Source of the DNA: Stegostoma tigrinum
Taxonomy: Eukaryota
Length of the DNA: 64,000 bases
Assembly: GCF_030684315.1 (NCBI RefSeq)
Contig: NC_081397.1
Coordinates: 4,960,001-5,024,000, forward strand
Direction: 5' to 3'
Notes under the pieces: model-generated
What the model was told of the DNA's origin: nothing
The model's database searches: none
Seen by the model: only the letters and a program-made list of their open reading frames with translations
Made by a program: the position numbers and the translations under genes
Part shown: positions 35,941 through 48,721 of the stretch, in pieces
How positions within the stretch are numbered: position 1 is the first letter of the stretch
Layout: the number at the start of each line of letters is the position of its first letter

Positions 35941-36757
35941 GAACATAGAACAATACAGCGTAGAACAGGCCCTTCGGCCCTCAATATTGCTCCGAACTGC
36001 AAACTGATCTAAACCCCTCCCCCTACACTATCCCATCATTATTCATATGCTTATTCAAGGACTGTTTAAATGCCCCTAATGTGGCTGAGTTAACTACATT
36101 GACAGGCAGGGTGTTCCACGCCCTTACCACTCTGAGTAAAGAGACTACCTCTGGCATCTGTCTTAAATCTATCACTCTTCAATTTGTAGCTATGCCCCCT
36201 TGTACAAACTGAAGTCATCATCCTCGGAAAAAGACTCTCACTATCTAATCCACTGATCATCTTGTATGTCCGTATTAAATCACCTCTTAGCCTCCTTCTC
36301 TCCAATGAGAACTGACCCAAGTCCCTCAGCCTTTCTTCATAGGGCCTGCGCTCCAGACCAGGCATCATCCTGGTAAATCTCCTTTTCACCTTTTCCAATG
36401 CTTCCACATCCTTCCTGTAATGGGGAGGGGGGACCAGAACTGCATGCAATATTCCAAATGAGGCCGCACGAGCGTTTTGTAAAATTACATCATGTCATCA
36501 CAGCTCCGGAACTCAATCCCTCTACCAATAAAACCTATCACACCATAAGCTTTCTTAACAGCACTATCAACCTGGGTGGCAACTTGCATGGATCTATGTA
36601 CACGGACAACATGATCCAAAGCACATCCGCACTACCAAGAATCTTTCCATTGATCCAGTATTCTACCTTCCTGTTATTCCTCCCAAAGTGAATCACCTCA
36701 CATTTATCCATATTAAACTCCATTTGCCAACTTTTGGCCCAATTCTGCAGTTTATCC
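35941..36757 (-). mobile_element. CR1 LINE 3' fragment
   Basis: ORF 36090-36449(-) YRKDVEALEKVKRRFTRMMPG...ERRRLRGDLI; TGTTCTATGTTC tail at 35941. Confidence 0.88.
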
Positions 36758-37540
36758 AAGTGGAGGTGGTCGCCTGAGATGGAGACAGAAAGGTCCAGGA
36801 AGGTAAGGGATGTGTTGGAGATGGTCCAGGTGAACTTGACGTTGGGATGGAAGATGTTGGTGAAATGGATGGACTGTTTGAGCTCCTCTTGGGAGCATGA
36901 GGCAGCGCCGATACATTCATCAATGTGACGGAAGAAGAGGTGGGGTTTGAGGCCAGTGTCGGTGCGGAAGAGGGACTGTTCCACATAAGCCACAAAGAGG
37001 CAGGCATAGCTTGGGCCCATTCCTCAGACGACATGACCATCCTGGGCATCTTGCAGTGCCATAATGATGCCACCGGTAGGTTGCATGAACATCAATTCAT
37101 ATTCCGCTGCGGAACCCTGCAGTCCAATAGCATCAATGTGGATTTGACCAGCTTCAAAATCTCCGCTCCCACCACTGCATCTAAAAACAAGCCCAGCTCG
37201 TACCAGCCTGCCTAACCTGTTCTTCCTCTCACCTATCCCCTCCTCCCACCTCAAGCTGCACCTCCGTTTCGGACCTGCTAACCTCGTCCCGCCCACTTGA
37301 CCTGTCCGTCCTCCCCGGACTGACCTATCCCTTCCCTACCTCCCAACCCATACTCTCCTCTGCACCTATCTTCTCCTCTGTCCACCTACGGTCCGCCTCC
37401 CCCTCTCTCCGTATTTATTTCAAAATCCTCTCCCCCTCCCCTTTTCTGTTGAAGCGCCTCGGCCCGAAACGCCATCTTTTTGTGTTCGTAAGATGCTGCT
37501 TGTCAGCTGTGCCCATTCAGCCCCACACTTTGTTATCATA
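36758..37540. mobile_element. PLE with 5' inversion (RT part minus strand, 3' end plus strand)
   Basis: MGPSYACLFVAYVEQ...FFRHIDEC on the minus strand switches at ~37016 to plus-strand SSDDMTILGILQCHND; degenerate hammerhead ~37446-37473. Confidence 0.8.
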
Positions 37541-37864
37541 AGATTAGGCGTGATGTTTTGAATTAGGGAGCACATCTAACGGGCCGAATGGCCGTTAGTT
37601 ACTCCACTTGCCCACCAGATTGTGAGAGCCGGAGGGAGGGAGTTATTAACATGGTCCGGGAAACGATCGAAACTCATCGTTCAGCTTCTGTTTCACGCTC
37701 TTTTTTTTGCGAATTTGTATTGAATCGTGGGAAAGAAAAGTCATTATATACAAACGGTCTCTGCTCTTTCCCCCACGGCCCCCAGTTGCTTTGCTGAAAC
37801 TGGGTGGAAAGTGAATTGGGGAAATGATCAATTGATCACTGTTTCTGGGAATTACTTGGAAAAG

Positions 37865-38287
37865 TAGCGCATGCGCGATATTCCCCCCGAAAAAGAGGTG
37901 CAATTGGCTGTTGAGTGGAGCGCATGCGTGAGGCCCTCCCCCTGCGCTGCCATTGAGGGGCATTCACTCAGTGAGTGGAAGAGGTTTGTTTGAAACAGAC
38001 CGCAATGGAGAGACCAGCGCCCAGGGAAGCGAGGGAGCAGCAGGCTCCTTCCGGCAGCGCATCGAGATGTGAGTCTGGGACAGAGGGGGGCTCCGAGACC
38101 GGCATTGATTCGGGCTCAGTTCAGGGAGAACCGGGGGCTGTTGGTAAGTGGCCGAACGGGGCAGGAACTGGTCCCGGAACTTGGAGAGAGAGCGGCCTGG
38201 GGGCGGGGAGAGAGAGGCCTTTCTCGGGCTGTGTGTGGGCCTGCTGAGGGAGACACAGCGGCAAGAAGATGCTGGGGGTCAGTCTTG
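37865..38287 (+). promoter_or_regulatory. CpG-island promoter/first exon, copy B
   Basis: NRF1 motifs GCGCATGCGC 37867-37876 and GCGCATGCGT 37920-37929; donor consensus GTGAGT 38069-38074 and GTAAGT 38144-38149. Confidence 0.65.
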
Positions 38288-38852
38288 AGGTTTTCAAATC
38301 CCCAACCACTGATGGAAATTCCTTGTTTGGCTTCTGTTTCATGCTGTTTGTTGACATTGTGCAGTCAAAGCCGAAACACAGACAAGACTGGAAATATAAG
38401 AACCCTGTAAAGGACATGGATTAGAGTCAATATATTCTACAGTCAGTGCATTGGGATTTGGTAACATGAGCTGCGCAGACATTGCAGTGGCTCTGGGTAG
38501 CACCTTACGTGGAGCTGTACAATTATCGTTCCATTTCTAGATTTTACCCAATTGCTATCGAAGCAGATATATTTTTTTAAAAATCCTCAGACAAGGCGCA
38601 GCTGAAAGTTAAAATGGAATCAGACCTGCATTTGAATTGATGACTTTAAAGAAAAGGTAGATGTCTCATGACACTGTCATCATCTCTCAGGTACTTTTGA
38701 AATGACAGGCTTTTGGAGCACCGTTCTTCAGAAGAAGTTAAAGAAAAGAAACATCCTAATAATTATTACCTGAGTATTACAGTAATCTTTTTGACATTTT
38801 AAAACTTAACTGATGTTGATTTACAGGAGTAAACTCTGCTGTCTTTCCCCAG

Positions 38853-38934
38853 GAAAACGCTTGCAGGAACAAGACGATGTAATGTGTGCTTGGTACGAAG
38901 CCAAGGGTGACCAGCTGCTTTGAACAACCAACAG
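38853..38934 (+). other. Putative non-coding exon cassette (82 nt), proximal right arm
   Basis: CTCTGCTGTCTTTCCCCAG|GAAAACG...AACAG|GTATGT. Confidence 0.5.
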
Positions 38935-39774
38935 GTATGTTACCATGTCCAAGCAGAGAACATCCTTTCCACAGGCACAGAGCAAATTGAGTCAGAGATA
39001 CATTAAACTCAATTTCTGGTGACATGCGTGCAAGCCAACAGTCAAGCACAAACAACAAAATAAAAATAGTTTTTTTTCCCCCTCTGTTTTCTCAATACAC
39101 CACCCTGCTTCAAAAAAGATCATTTGTAGCCTATTGGCATTTATGGCATTTTTGAAAGTGAATAGACTGAATTTTCATCTGAAATAGACACAAAAGAATG
39201 GCAGTAAACCTACATTTAGTAAGCATGTTTTCAAATTTACTGTCAAGGTGAAGAAATCTTTCATGCTGTTACATAGTTACACCAACCAAACATATAGCAG
39301 ATAATGAGGACAGATATGGAAGAAAACATTGACGTTATCATCAGTAACTGAGCAGGACAGCATTCATCTTTTGTCAAATAGATGTCCCAGGCACAGCCAG
39401 AACAGTTAATTAATGTGCCTTCCAAATGCACATCCTGTCCCAAAGCCTGACGTAGAATGCCAGCAGAGTGTATGCACACACTTTCTGGCACACACGCACT
39501 CCACTGAGTTGTAAATATATACACTATCCCCATCACACGTGTCACACCATCTAACAGCCATGAAGATCATGTATATTGCAAACCTCACAGTGTAACAATG
39601 AAGATGATTTCCACTCACGGATTTCAGGTCAGAGAGCTAGCCTTTCATGATAAGTGACAAATAGAAAAGAATGTGAGCTAAATACTTCAATCCTCGTGTG
39701 GACATGCACTCCCGTGTTCATAATGTCAATATCACTCATTCACTGTATTTGGGGAAAAAAGGACAAATTTTGAG

Positions 39775-40565
39775 GAGTTCAGTTCAGGCAAATGCGAGGT
39801 GATGCATTTTGAAAGATCCACTTCAAGAGCGAATTATGTGGTAAATGGCAAAGCCCCAGCAAAAGTTGATGCCCAGAGAGATCTGGGTGTTCAGGTCCAT
39901 TGCACCCTGAAGGTGGCAACGCATGTCGATAGAGTGGTCAAGAAGACATAGTGCATTCTTTCCTTCATCAGATGTGTCATTTAGTGCAAGAGTTGGCAGG
40001 TCATGTTACAGTTGTATAGGGCTTTGATTTGAACACATTTGGAATATTGTTTTCGGTTCAGGTCACCACATTACCAAAAGGAGGTTGATGCTTTGGAGAA
40101 GGTGCAGAGGAGGTTCACCAGGATGTTGCCTGGTATGGAGGGTGCTAGCTATGAAGAGAGTTTGAGTAGATTAGGATTATTTATATTGGAAAGATGGAGG
40201 TTGAGGGGGAACTTGATTGAGGCCTACACAGTCATGAGATGAATTGACGGGGTGGATAGCAAGAAGCTTTTTCCAAGAGTGTGGAACTCTCTGACTACGC
40301 GTCATGATTTCAAGGTGAGGGGCAAAAGTTTAAGGATGATATGCATGGAAAATTCTTTACACAGAAGGCTTTGGGTGCCTGGAATGCGTTGCCAGCGGAG
40401 GTGGTAGAGGCGTGCGTTATAGTGTCCCTTAGTATGTATGTAGACAGATAGGTGACTGGACAGGGAGCAGAGGGATACAGATCCTTGGAAAATAGGTGAC
40501 AGGTTAAGATAGGGGATATGGATCAGCACAGGCTTGGAGGGCCAAAGAGCCTGTTCCTCTGCTGA
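39775..40565 (+). mobile_element. CR1 LINE 3' fragment
   Basis: ORF 40039-40242 EYCFRFRSPHYQKEVDALEKVQRRFTRMLPG. Confidence 0.85.
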
Positions 40566-43500
40566 AATGTTTTTTTTTGTTCTTTGACACACTGAATTCC
40601 CAAGAAGTAGTCCAAGAAATATATCGAACAAGAGATTAATTTCACCTCTCTGTGTCACCATCTCATCGACTTAGAGATAATTAAAGTATCATTTCCTTTT
40701 GTACAAACTGGAGAAATTGCACATCAGGATAACTTTCAGGTTGAAATTGAAATTGATATTGTCATTGCATTTGTTTGCATAAAACTACAAACTGAATAGT
40801 GAAAACCATCTGATACACTTCCAATGAATATAAACTTTGCTATTAAATGGACCAGAAGGAAATCAAGTAGTGACCTGAAATGATACAGAGAATAACCTAC
40901 ACTCAAGCAGATAACCTAGATTGTTGACTGTACAATTAAGAATGTCTCATACAGTGAGCTTGCAACAACAAATGGACATTAAACTCTATATGTATCCAGA
41001 CCAGAGACAGAGCAAGCCGAAATAAAAGACAGAAACCCTACCCTAGAAATTATACAGGGAGAGAATGATAAATGCATTCACAAACCAGATAATGTCAGGC
41101 ATAGCCTAAAAACTCACCTCTCAGATTTAAAGGACAGGATCTGACAGGGCCAAATGGTTAAATACACTTGCACAGCCAGAGAGAAGAAACTGACAGGCAC
41201 GTATTGATAACGGCATACTCATATTCACATATCAGAAAATGACAGGGACAGAAAGATAATTACACACACATTCAGACTACAAAAACTGACAGGTACAGGC
41301 TGATAAATACATGCATACATGACAGGACAGCAAATGCATAAGCATATGTAGATTGATAACTACATTTGCGTATTCACAGACAAATTTGACAGGGACATAT
41401 TTGTAACACTTTGACATTCACGCAAGAGGAATTGATGGATATAGGTTGATAACGAAACTCACATATTTCACAGCAGAAACTGAGAGGGACAGTTTGATGA
41501 TTACGCTCATATCTTCACGTGACAGCTACCGACAAGTACGAAGCGATGATTACCACTCTCACACACACAAATTCATAGACGTCTGCAGCACAGGAAACAG
41601 TCCTTTCTCTCACTGAATCTGCACTGTTCAGAAACAACCAGCCGACAATTCTACATCAATTCAGCCAGTAATCAAATTCCATAAATGTGTCATGTTGGCA
41701 GAGGAAGTATCATCCTCACCTTTATCAGTTGTCAATTTCTTCACCAAGCATGATCAGATTTTTTTTATTCTATGTTAAGCAAGAGGACTTTATAATCAGA
41801 GACCTTTTGTTTTCAAATTAGCTTAAAATTTGTTCAAATAGCTCTGTTCCTCTTGACAATCCACCTGAATTTTTACATAAAACACAAGAAAGCTTCATGC
41901 CGTTTTTTTCAAACAAGCAAGATCACAATAGAACCGCCCTCACTTATATTTCGCAAACATTGTTCAACAGTGTTTACTCTTCAGTAAATTCAGTTTGACG
42001 GTTCCAGTTGTGCCCAGTGAATGACAGAAAACAAAAGTTCAACACCGAGCATGTTAATGTCCGCGCCATAAAACGAAATCCAAGTAAGAAGGCTAATTTT
42101 CTTTCCTGCACAAGCAACATTGTGGTCAGTCAGCCGCAATGCATTTGATTTGTTCATTGCACTTCCTCTTTGGCAATAACATACTAAATTAACATCTTCA
42201 CTTTAGCAGCATTCCAAGACTTGTGTTACTATGCAATGTTGAATAATATTAATCTCATCCTGAAAATATCCTTTGATATCACCACAGCGGTTAGACTCTG
42301 CAATGTATCCTTGGCAAAGGTCGATTGCTTCTCTGTCCTCAACTCTAAAGAAAGGCACAGACTCATTTCAGTTGCAATGCCTTGCATTTTCACTTGCTTA
42401 TAAATGCTGGAGGCACAAACAACTGAAGAATATAGGCTGTTTCACATTTGCGAAAGAAGAAATGAACCGAAAACTCTGTCCTCTGCCATGGTGGTAATTG
42501 GCTCTCCACTTTGCAAGAAATACTTAATCTGCTCAGTAACGCAATACAGGAAGATAGAAATAGGATCAATTGAGTGTACCTGTCTGTCTTGTTTCATAAC
42601 AGCAGCTCTTGTGCCAATACACCGTAGGTACAGAATAACTTAGAAAGCGTGGAGATGCTGCCAGGTTAGTAGATACCCAGGCAAAAACAAAAGAAAATGC
42701 CATTTCTCTTAAATATCACATGGGTGGGAAAGCTCCCCTTTCATGACGCATTAATAGGACAGGGTAAGAGCGAAGTACTTCAATCCCAGGATGTGAATAC
42801 TTTCCTTGAGGATTAAGTATGAGGTATAAGCTTGGCATAAAGTAAATTCGTCATGTTCACTACATCAGAAAATACTGAATCGATTGCATGATCAATGATG
42901 AATTCTACTGAAACAGCTCAAGAAGTAAATTGAAATCCAGATTAAATATGCTTCCAAATATCACACCATGCCTTTGATTTGGACACGTAACTAGTGCATC
43001 AATTTCCTTTGTTGAAACTGAAGGAAATATATAGTAGGCCAAGTTTAAAATGAAATAAACATTACAATTTAATTTGCTTCCAAAGCGGTACAAATTAAAA
43101 AGCAGCTCTCATCTCGTGCAGAAGTACTGCATAAAGATGTTGTTAAATGGACCAAAGAAGAAAGCAAATGGGGTCGTGAACAGATACAGATAACTGGAGT
43201 TTATTGGAAAAAGATTGAAGAAACGCTGATCTCATGATCTTGTTACAGGAGGAATAAATACACATTCAGTTTCTGAGTGACTGACCAATCCCGAACGAAA
43301 CTTACTATCATAAACCGGACAGTGACCAAACTGTATCCACAGAGTCGGAGACTGACAAAGGTATTAAAACAGTTTAATTTACATGATCTGATTATTTGGC
43401 ATTGGGTAAAATCTCATTCATGTTGAGCAGCAGAGATTTGAACAATAGAAGAATGTCAGCAGTTCCTACAAGTAACTTGTTCAATGCAACATTACCCACT

Positions 43501-44589
43501 TGTTACCCATGTGAAATATGAAGACAACGCATGAGGAATACATTGACACACAATGCCAGAGACTGAATCGATCCCATGCTGACTGTCAGCCCGATGCTGA
43601 TGAAAACCAGCAGTAACCACACTTATAATCTGAGTGGGAGACTGACTATTTCAGAAGAATGCCCACACTCTCTTTGTGATTAATGTATTATAAATTAGTG
43701 TTATAATGATATAATAATTTATAATACACCTCATAAAGGGAATCCAATCATACATGCAGAGCTGGAAACACAAGCAGAAATTTGGAAAAGGACAGTGTCA
43801 CTTAGCCCAATACCCATCTTTCATTCAGATTGGCACCTCATTAGAAATCTCCCTCTCATACAACAAACAGATGCTGAAAGGAAAGGAATGAAATTGATAC
43901 CTTTGGTCGGCATGGACTGTTGGACCAAAGGTCTGTTTCCCAGATGTACTTTGACAATATTTCTGCACTCTCATATTCACAAAGCAGAAACTGATCAGAA
44001 GAAACTCACAGTAACACTCCCAAGCCGCATGAGGCATAAAATGGCATAACAAGGCAGCTATATTCACAGAGTAGAATCTGATAGGGGGAAATAACAATTA
44101 TATTTCCATATTCAAATCACAGAAACTGATTGGAAAAGGTTTACAACTGCACTTCAACATTCACACTGCAGGTAATGACAGGGACAGATTGATAACAATG
44201 TCCGTATATGCACATGGCCAAGAATGATAGGTAGAAATAGATAACTGTATTCTCGTATTCATGGAGAGGAAAGCATTACAAATTCATAACTACATTTATA
44301 TATTCACATCACAAAAACTGATAGTTGCAGATGAATAACTACATTCTCAGGTTCCCAGAGCAGACGTGGACAGATACAGATGGAAATTTGCACTCAAATA
44401 TTCACGTTGCATGTTCACACATCATTATCAACAGATTAATTACAAAACTCACATCTGTATAACACAAATAGACACTGATTGCTGTGTGAAGGTGCAATTG
44501 TATTTTTCAATCAGTCCCTGTCAGTTTTCACAACGTGGATGTGTGATTTTAGTTATCAATCAATACCTGTCAGTGAATGCCACGTGAAT

Positions 44590-45790
44590 GTGTGAGGATA
44601 GTGTAATGCACGTTAACTACAGGGATTTTAGTAAGACATTTGATAAAGTACCATGCAGCAGACGAATCAGAAATGGAAAGGCTTTTGGGATACGGAGCCA
44701 TGTGCTAAATTGGAAGCAAAGTTTGCTTTGCAACAGGAATCAAATGGTCAATGGCTGCCCTTGTAAACCGAAAGCTGTTTGAAGTGGTGTTTCTCATAGC
44801 TCAGTGTTGGGACATCTGCTGTTTGTTTTATGTGATAACAACTTGGACTTGAACATGGGGATACAATTGGGAAATTTTCAGCCAGCACAAAAATTTAACA
44901 GTGTACTGGTAGTGCAGAGGATAGCTGACAGCTCCAAAATGATATAGAAGTTTTGGTGGAAGGGGCAGATGAGTGGCATATGGAGTTCAACTCTGATAAA
45001 TGTGAGGTAATGCATTTCAGGAGGTGCAAGGACACAAAATAGGAATACATGAGGTGGTGTGGAAATAGTACATAAAGTGAGTGATTTGGTGTGCAAGTGT
45101 AATGGAGTATGAAAATAGCAGTACAGGTGGATAAGATTGTGAAACTAGGTATATAGAATGCTGCCCTTTTTTGGCAGAGGTATACAACACAAAAGTAGGG
45201 CTATAACGATGAAAGTATTTAAGACACTGGTGAGGCTGGAACTGATGTATTGTGCGCCACGATGGTCACCACATTACAGGAAAACGTTATTGCTCTGGAT
45301 ATATTGCAGAGAAGATTTACTGGAATGTTGCCAGGGCTGGAGAGTTACAGCTATGAGGAGTGATTGCAGAGGTTGGAGCTATATTATTTTGAACAGTGAA
45401 AGCTGGGAGTGCCATGATTCAGGCAATTGGGATGGGCAGAGATAGAGTCAACAGGGGGAATCTGTTTCCCTTGGCATAGAGTTTAAAAACCATTGGGTGT
45501 GGATTAAGTGAAGTGGCAGGACGATGAGAGATGATGGGAGGAAAACCATTTTTATGAGAGGTTGCTTACCTCAAATACGCTGCCTGAGCTGCTGATAGCA
45601 GAGATTCTCAACTCTTGTAAGAACATACCTGGACCTCCACATTAAGTCTGCAAGCTGCAGGGCTATGGGATGTATGCAAGAAGATCATATTTTATGATGG
45701 CCATTTTGGGGTGTTTGGGTCAGCATGGATATAATGAGCCAAATGGCCACCTTCTGTGCTGCATAATTTAAATGGATCAATAGTTCCTGA
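44590..45790 (+). mobile_element. Degenerate CR1 LINE
   Basis: ORFs with YRDFSKTFDKVP and FKTLVRLELMYCAPRWSPHY. Confidence 0.8.
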
Positions 45791-46200
45791 TCATTCTGTC
45801 CCTGTCAGCCTCTGTTGTGTAATACATGAATAATTACCAAAGACCTCGAGGGACACATTGATAACTACACTCACACATTCACCAAGTAGCAACTGACATG
45901 AATAGATCAAGAACTAAACTCGGATCCACTGACAAGCTTCCACTGGGTGGTTCCAGTCATGGAGCTGTACAGGTATCATTTACTTTCAGGAGCTCATTCA
46001 AATGGTGTTGAAGTTTTTAGAAATGATCAGACAAGGAGCAGCTCGGGCAAGATTGGATCAAAACCCATAGTTATGTAAGAATTCCTAGTAATATTAGTAT
46101 ATCCAAATGATTATTAATGAAATGTTGTGTTGATCAGTTAAACATTGTCAAACCCAATTGATGTTGCTTTACACGAACTATCTCTTCTGTCTTCCCGCAG

Positions 46201-46289
46201 AAAAAAAGAAAACACTTGAATGACCAAGACAAAGTAAGATTTCTTCAGTGCAGAGGCAAGTGTGACCAGATCCTTCTGATAAACAGCAG
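46201..46289 (+). other. Putative non-coding exon cassette (89 nt), distal right arm
   Basis: CTCTTCTGTCTTCCCGCAG|AAAAAAAG...CAGCAG|GTAGGT. Confidence 0.5.
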
Positions 46290-47424
46290 GTAGGTTCCCA
46301 CTGTCAGAGCAGAGAACATCCTTTCCGCAGTCACAGAGCAGATTGAGTCGGACACACAGTGAGCTTAATTTCCAACAGATATGTTCAAATTTTTCCAACA
46401 GGAGAACAACGTTGGAGAAATTAAACTTTATTTTTCTTATCTCTCCATTCCAAATACACAGTTCCAACAAATTTCAGCATTCATCACCCATTGACTTGTA
46501 CACTATTTTTGAAGATGGATGAACTGAAGTTATACACTCAGTATCTGAAAGAAATCTACGTAAAATACTCTACTAGCAATTATCACATAATGAATCACAC
46601 CTCCACTAAGAATATTACTGGCTGCTGACAATTAAGCCACTTTTACAAGTAGAAAATGACCAGTATGGATTGATGCCTAACCTCACTCATTTGTGTTGCA
46701 AATGCATACAAAAGAAAAAGGATGACGAGACTCACATATTGACATTGCAGAAACCGACAGCTAAAGATTAATAAAGGTATTCACACATTCACATCATAGA
46801 AACTGGGATACACAGGTTAGTAAACAACACTCACATTCACATAGCAAACTGACAGCAACTGAACGATAACTACTTTCACATATCCACACAGCAGAAACTG
46901 GCAGCTACATATTGATGACAACTCCCAATTTCACAGACCATAAAGTGACAGGTACAGTTTTATAACTGCATACCCACAGATTTCAAAAATACCGACGGGT
47001 ACAGTTTGATAACTATACTCAAATATTCACAAAGTAGATTCCCACAGGTACATATTGATAACTTTACTTGCAAATTATGAGGTACTGATAGGTACAGGGT
47101 GCTCTACATGCATATATCCATACAGAAGAAATTCGTGGAACTGATTGACGATCACTTTAGAGATAGCAAGAGCTGCAGATTCTGGAGTCAGCCTTCCCAG
47201 TTTCACAAAGCATTAGCTGACAGATACAGTTTGGTAACTCCTCTCATGTTCACAGAGTAGAAGCTGACAGGCCGTTATTGATAACTGCACTCACATGGTC
47301 ACCAAGCAGAAACTCAGAGATTGATAACAGTGACATTCAAATTGCAGAAACTGGCGGCTACACAATGATAGCTGCTGTCACACTTGCATTGCATGAACCG
47401 TTGGGGTCAGATTAATAACTATGC

Positions 47425-48190
47425 TGTTGTTGAATTGCTCAACAAGCTTCTTGCTTGTTTCGAGACATTTTGTCACCATCTACATAATACCTTCAGTGCA
47501 CCTCTGGTGATGTGTTGCTGTTGTGTCCTGCTGGCTGTTCATGTGCTGCAGTTTGCTGGGGTGGCTGACATCACTTCCGGATTTGTTTCTCAGTGGTTGG
47601 TGTATGGGATCCTGCTCTACGCATTTGTTAATGGCATTCCAGTTTGAATGTCAGGCCTCCAGGAATTCTCGTGCATGTCTTTGGTTGGCTTTTCCTCAGA
47701 TGACTAAGTTGTCCCAGTCAAATTGGTGTCCCTCTTTGTCCATGCGTATTGAGATGAGTGATAGTTGGCCATGTCTCTTGGTGGCTAGTTTGTGTTTTCG
47801 AATCATGATGGCTAGTTTCCTACCAGTTTGGCCTTTGTACTGCTTTTGGCATCTGTGCACGATATCGTGCAAATAACGTTGGTTCTGTCAGTTGTGGTTG
47901 TTGGTTCGGGGCAATATGGTGCTCATTTCTGATATGTTTTTCATGTTTGGTCAGGTGACTAGTGTCCCTGGACGTGCTGTGTAATCCATTTGTCGTCTGT
48001 TGTGCAGGTGTCGAAGGACAATGCTTTTCAGGTAACCTTCGTTTCTATAGTCACTGTATCGTGTTCTTCCTCAGCTTTACGCAGCTCTGGATGCTGCAGT
48101 GTGTTGTGGCTCACTTGAACAGTGTTTTGGTGCAGCTCCATGAGTAGATATTGGGATGATTGCTATTGTAGTTGAGTATCTGATCAGAAT
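47425..48190 (-). mobile_element. Penelope-like element fragment (same family type as 22090-22995)
   Basis: Minus strand encodes YKGQTGRKLA...HQLATKRH...REFLEA (GIY-YIG), decayed. Confidence 0.7.
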
Positions 48191-48721
48191 GTATTAAAAC
48201 ATGTAATAACTACACTCTCAGGCTCTCCTAATTGACATTGATGGAGAGCGATTGATAACTAAACATTCATATAGCAAAACAGTGTCATGGACAGACTGAT
48301 AATTTCAGACACATATTCACTGAGTAGAAACTGACTGACAGAGAATGACATCTATACTCAGGTACCCGGATAGCAGAAACTGACAGGAACAGGTTGATGA
48401 TAACACGGACATGTACATGATACCTACATCCCTCATTCCACTTGCATTAACTGAGTGGTACAGATTGATTCCTGCACTCTCACATTCACACAACAGAAAG
48501 TGGCAGAGACAGACATATAACTGCATTCATTCACACGGCACAAACTGTGAGGACGAGGTTGTCAACTACGCTCTCACATTTACAGAGCAGAAACTGACAG
48601 GTACAAAGTAAATCTGCACTCATACATCCACAAATCAGAAACTGAAAGGCCCACACAGATACCCACACTCAGTGTTTCACACAGCGTAAACGGACAATAT
48701 AAAAACCGAAAGAACTGCGGA

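Noticed and set aside
37975-38247. 90-aa ORF in promoter copy B as a real protein
   Set aside because: The near-identical copy A has a stop and a 2-nt indel, the ORF runs through splice donors, and I recognise no domain.
41700-43200. Possible decayed coding sequence or DNA transposon
   Set aside because: Manual translation gave no recognisable motif; only its partial match to 26021-26080 is used. BLASTx and Dfam searches would be needed.
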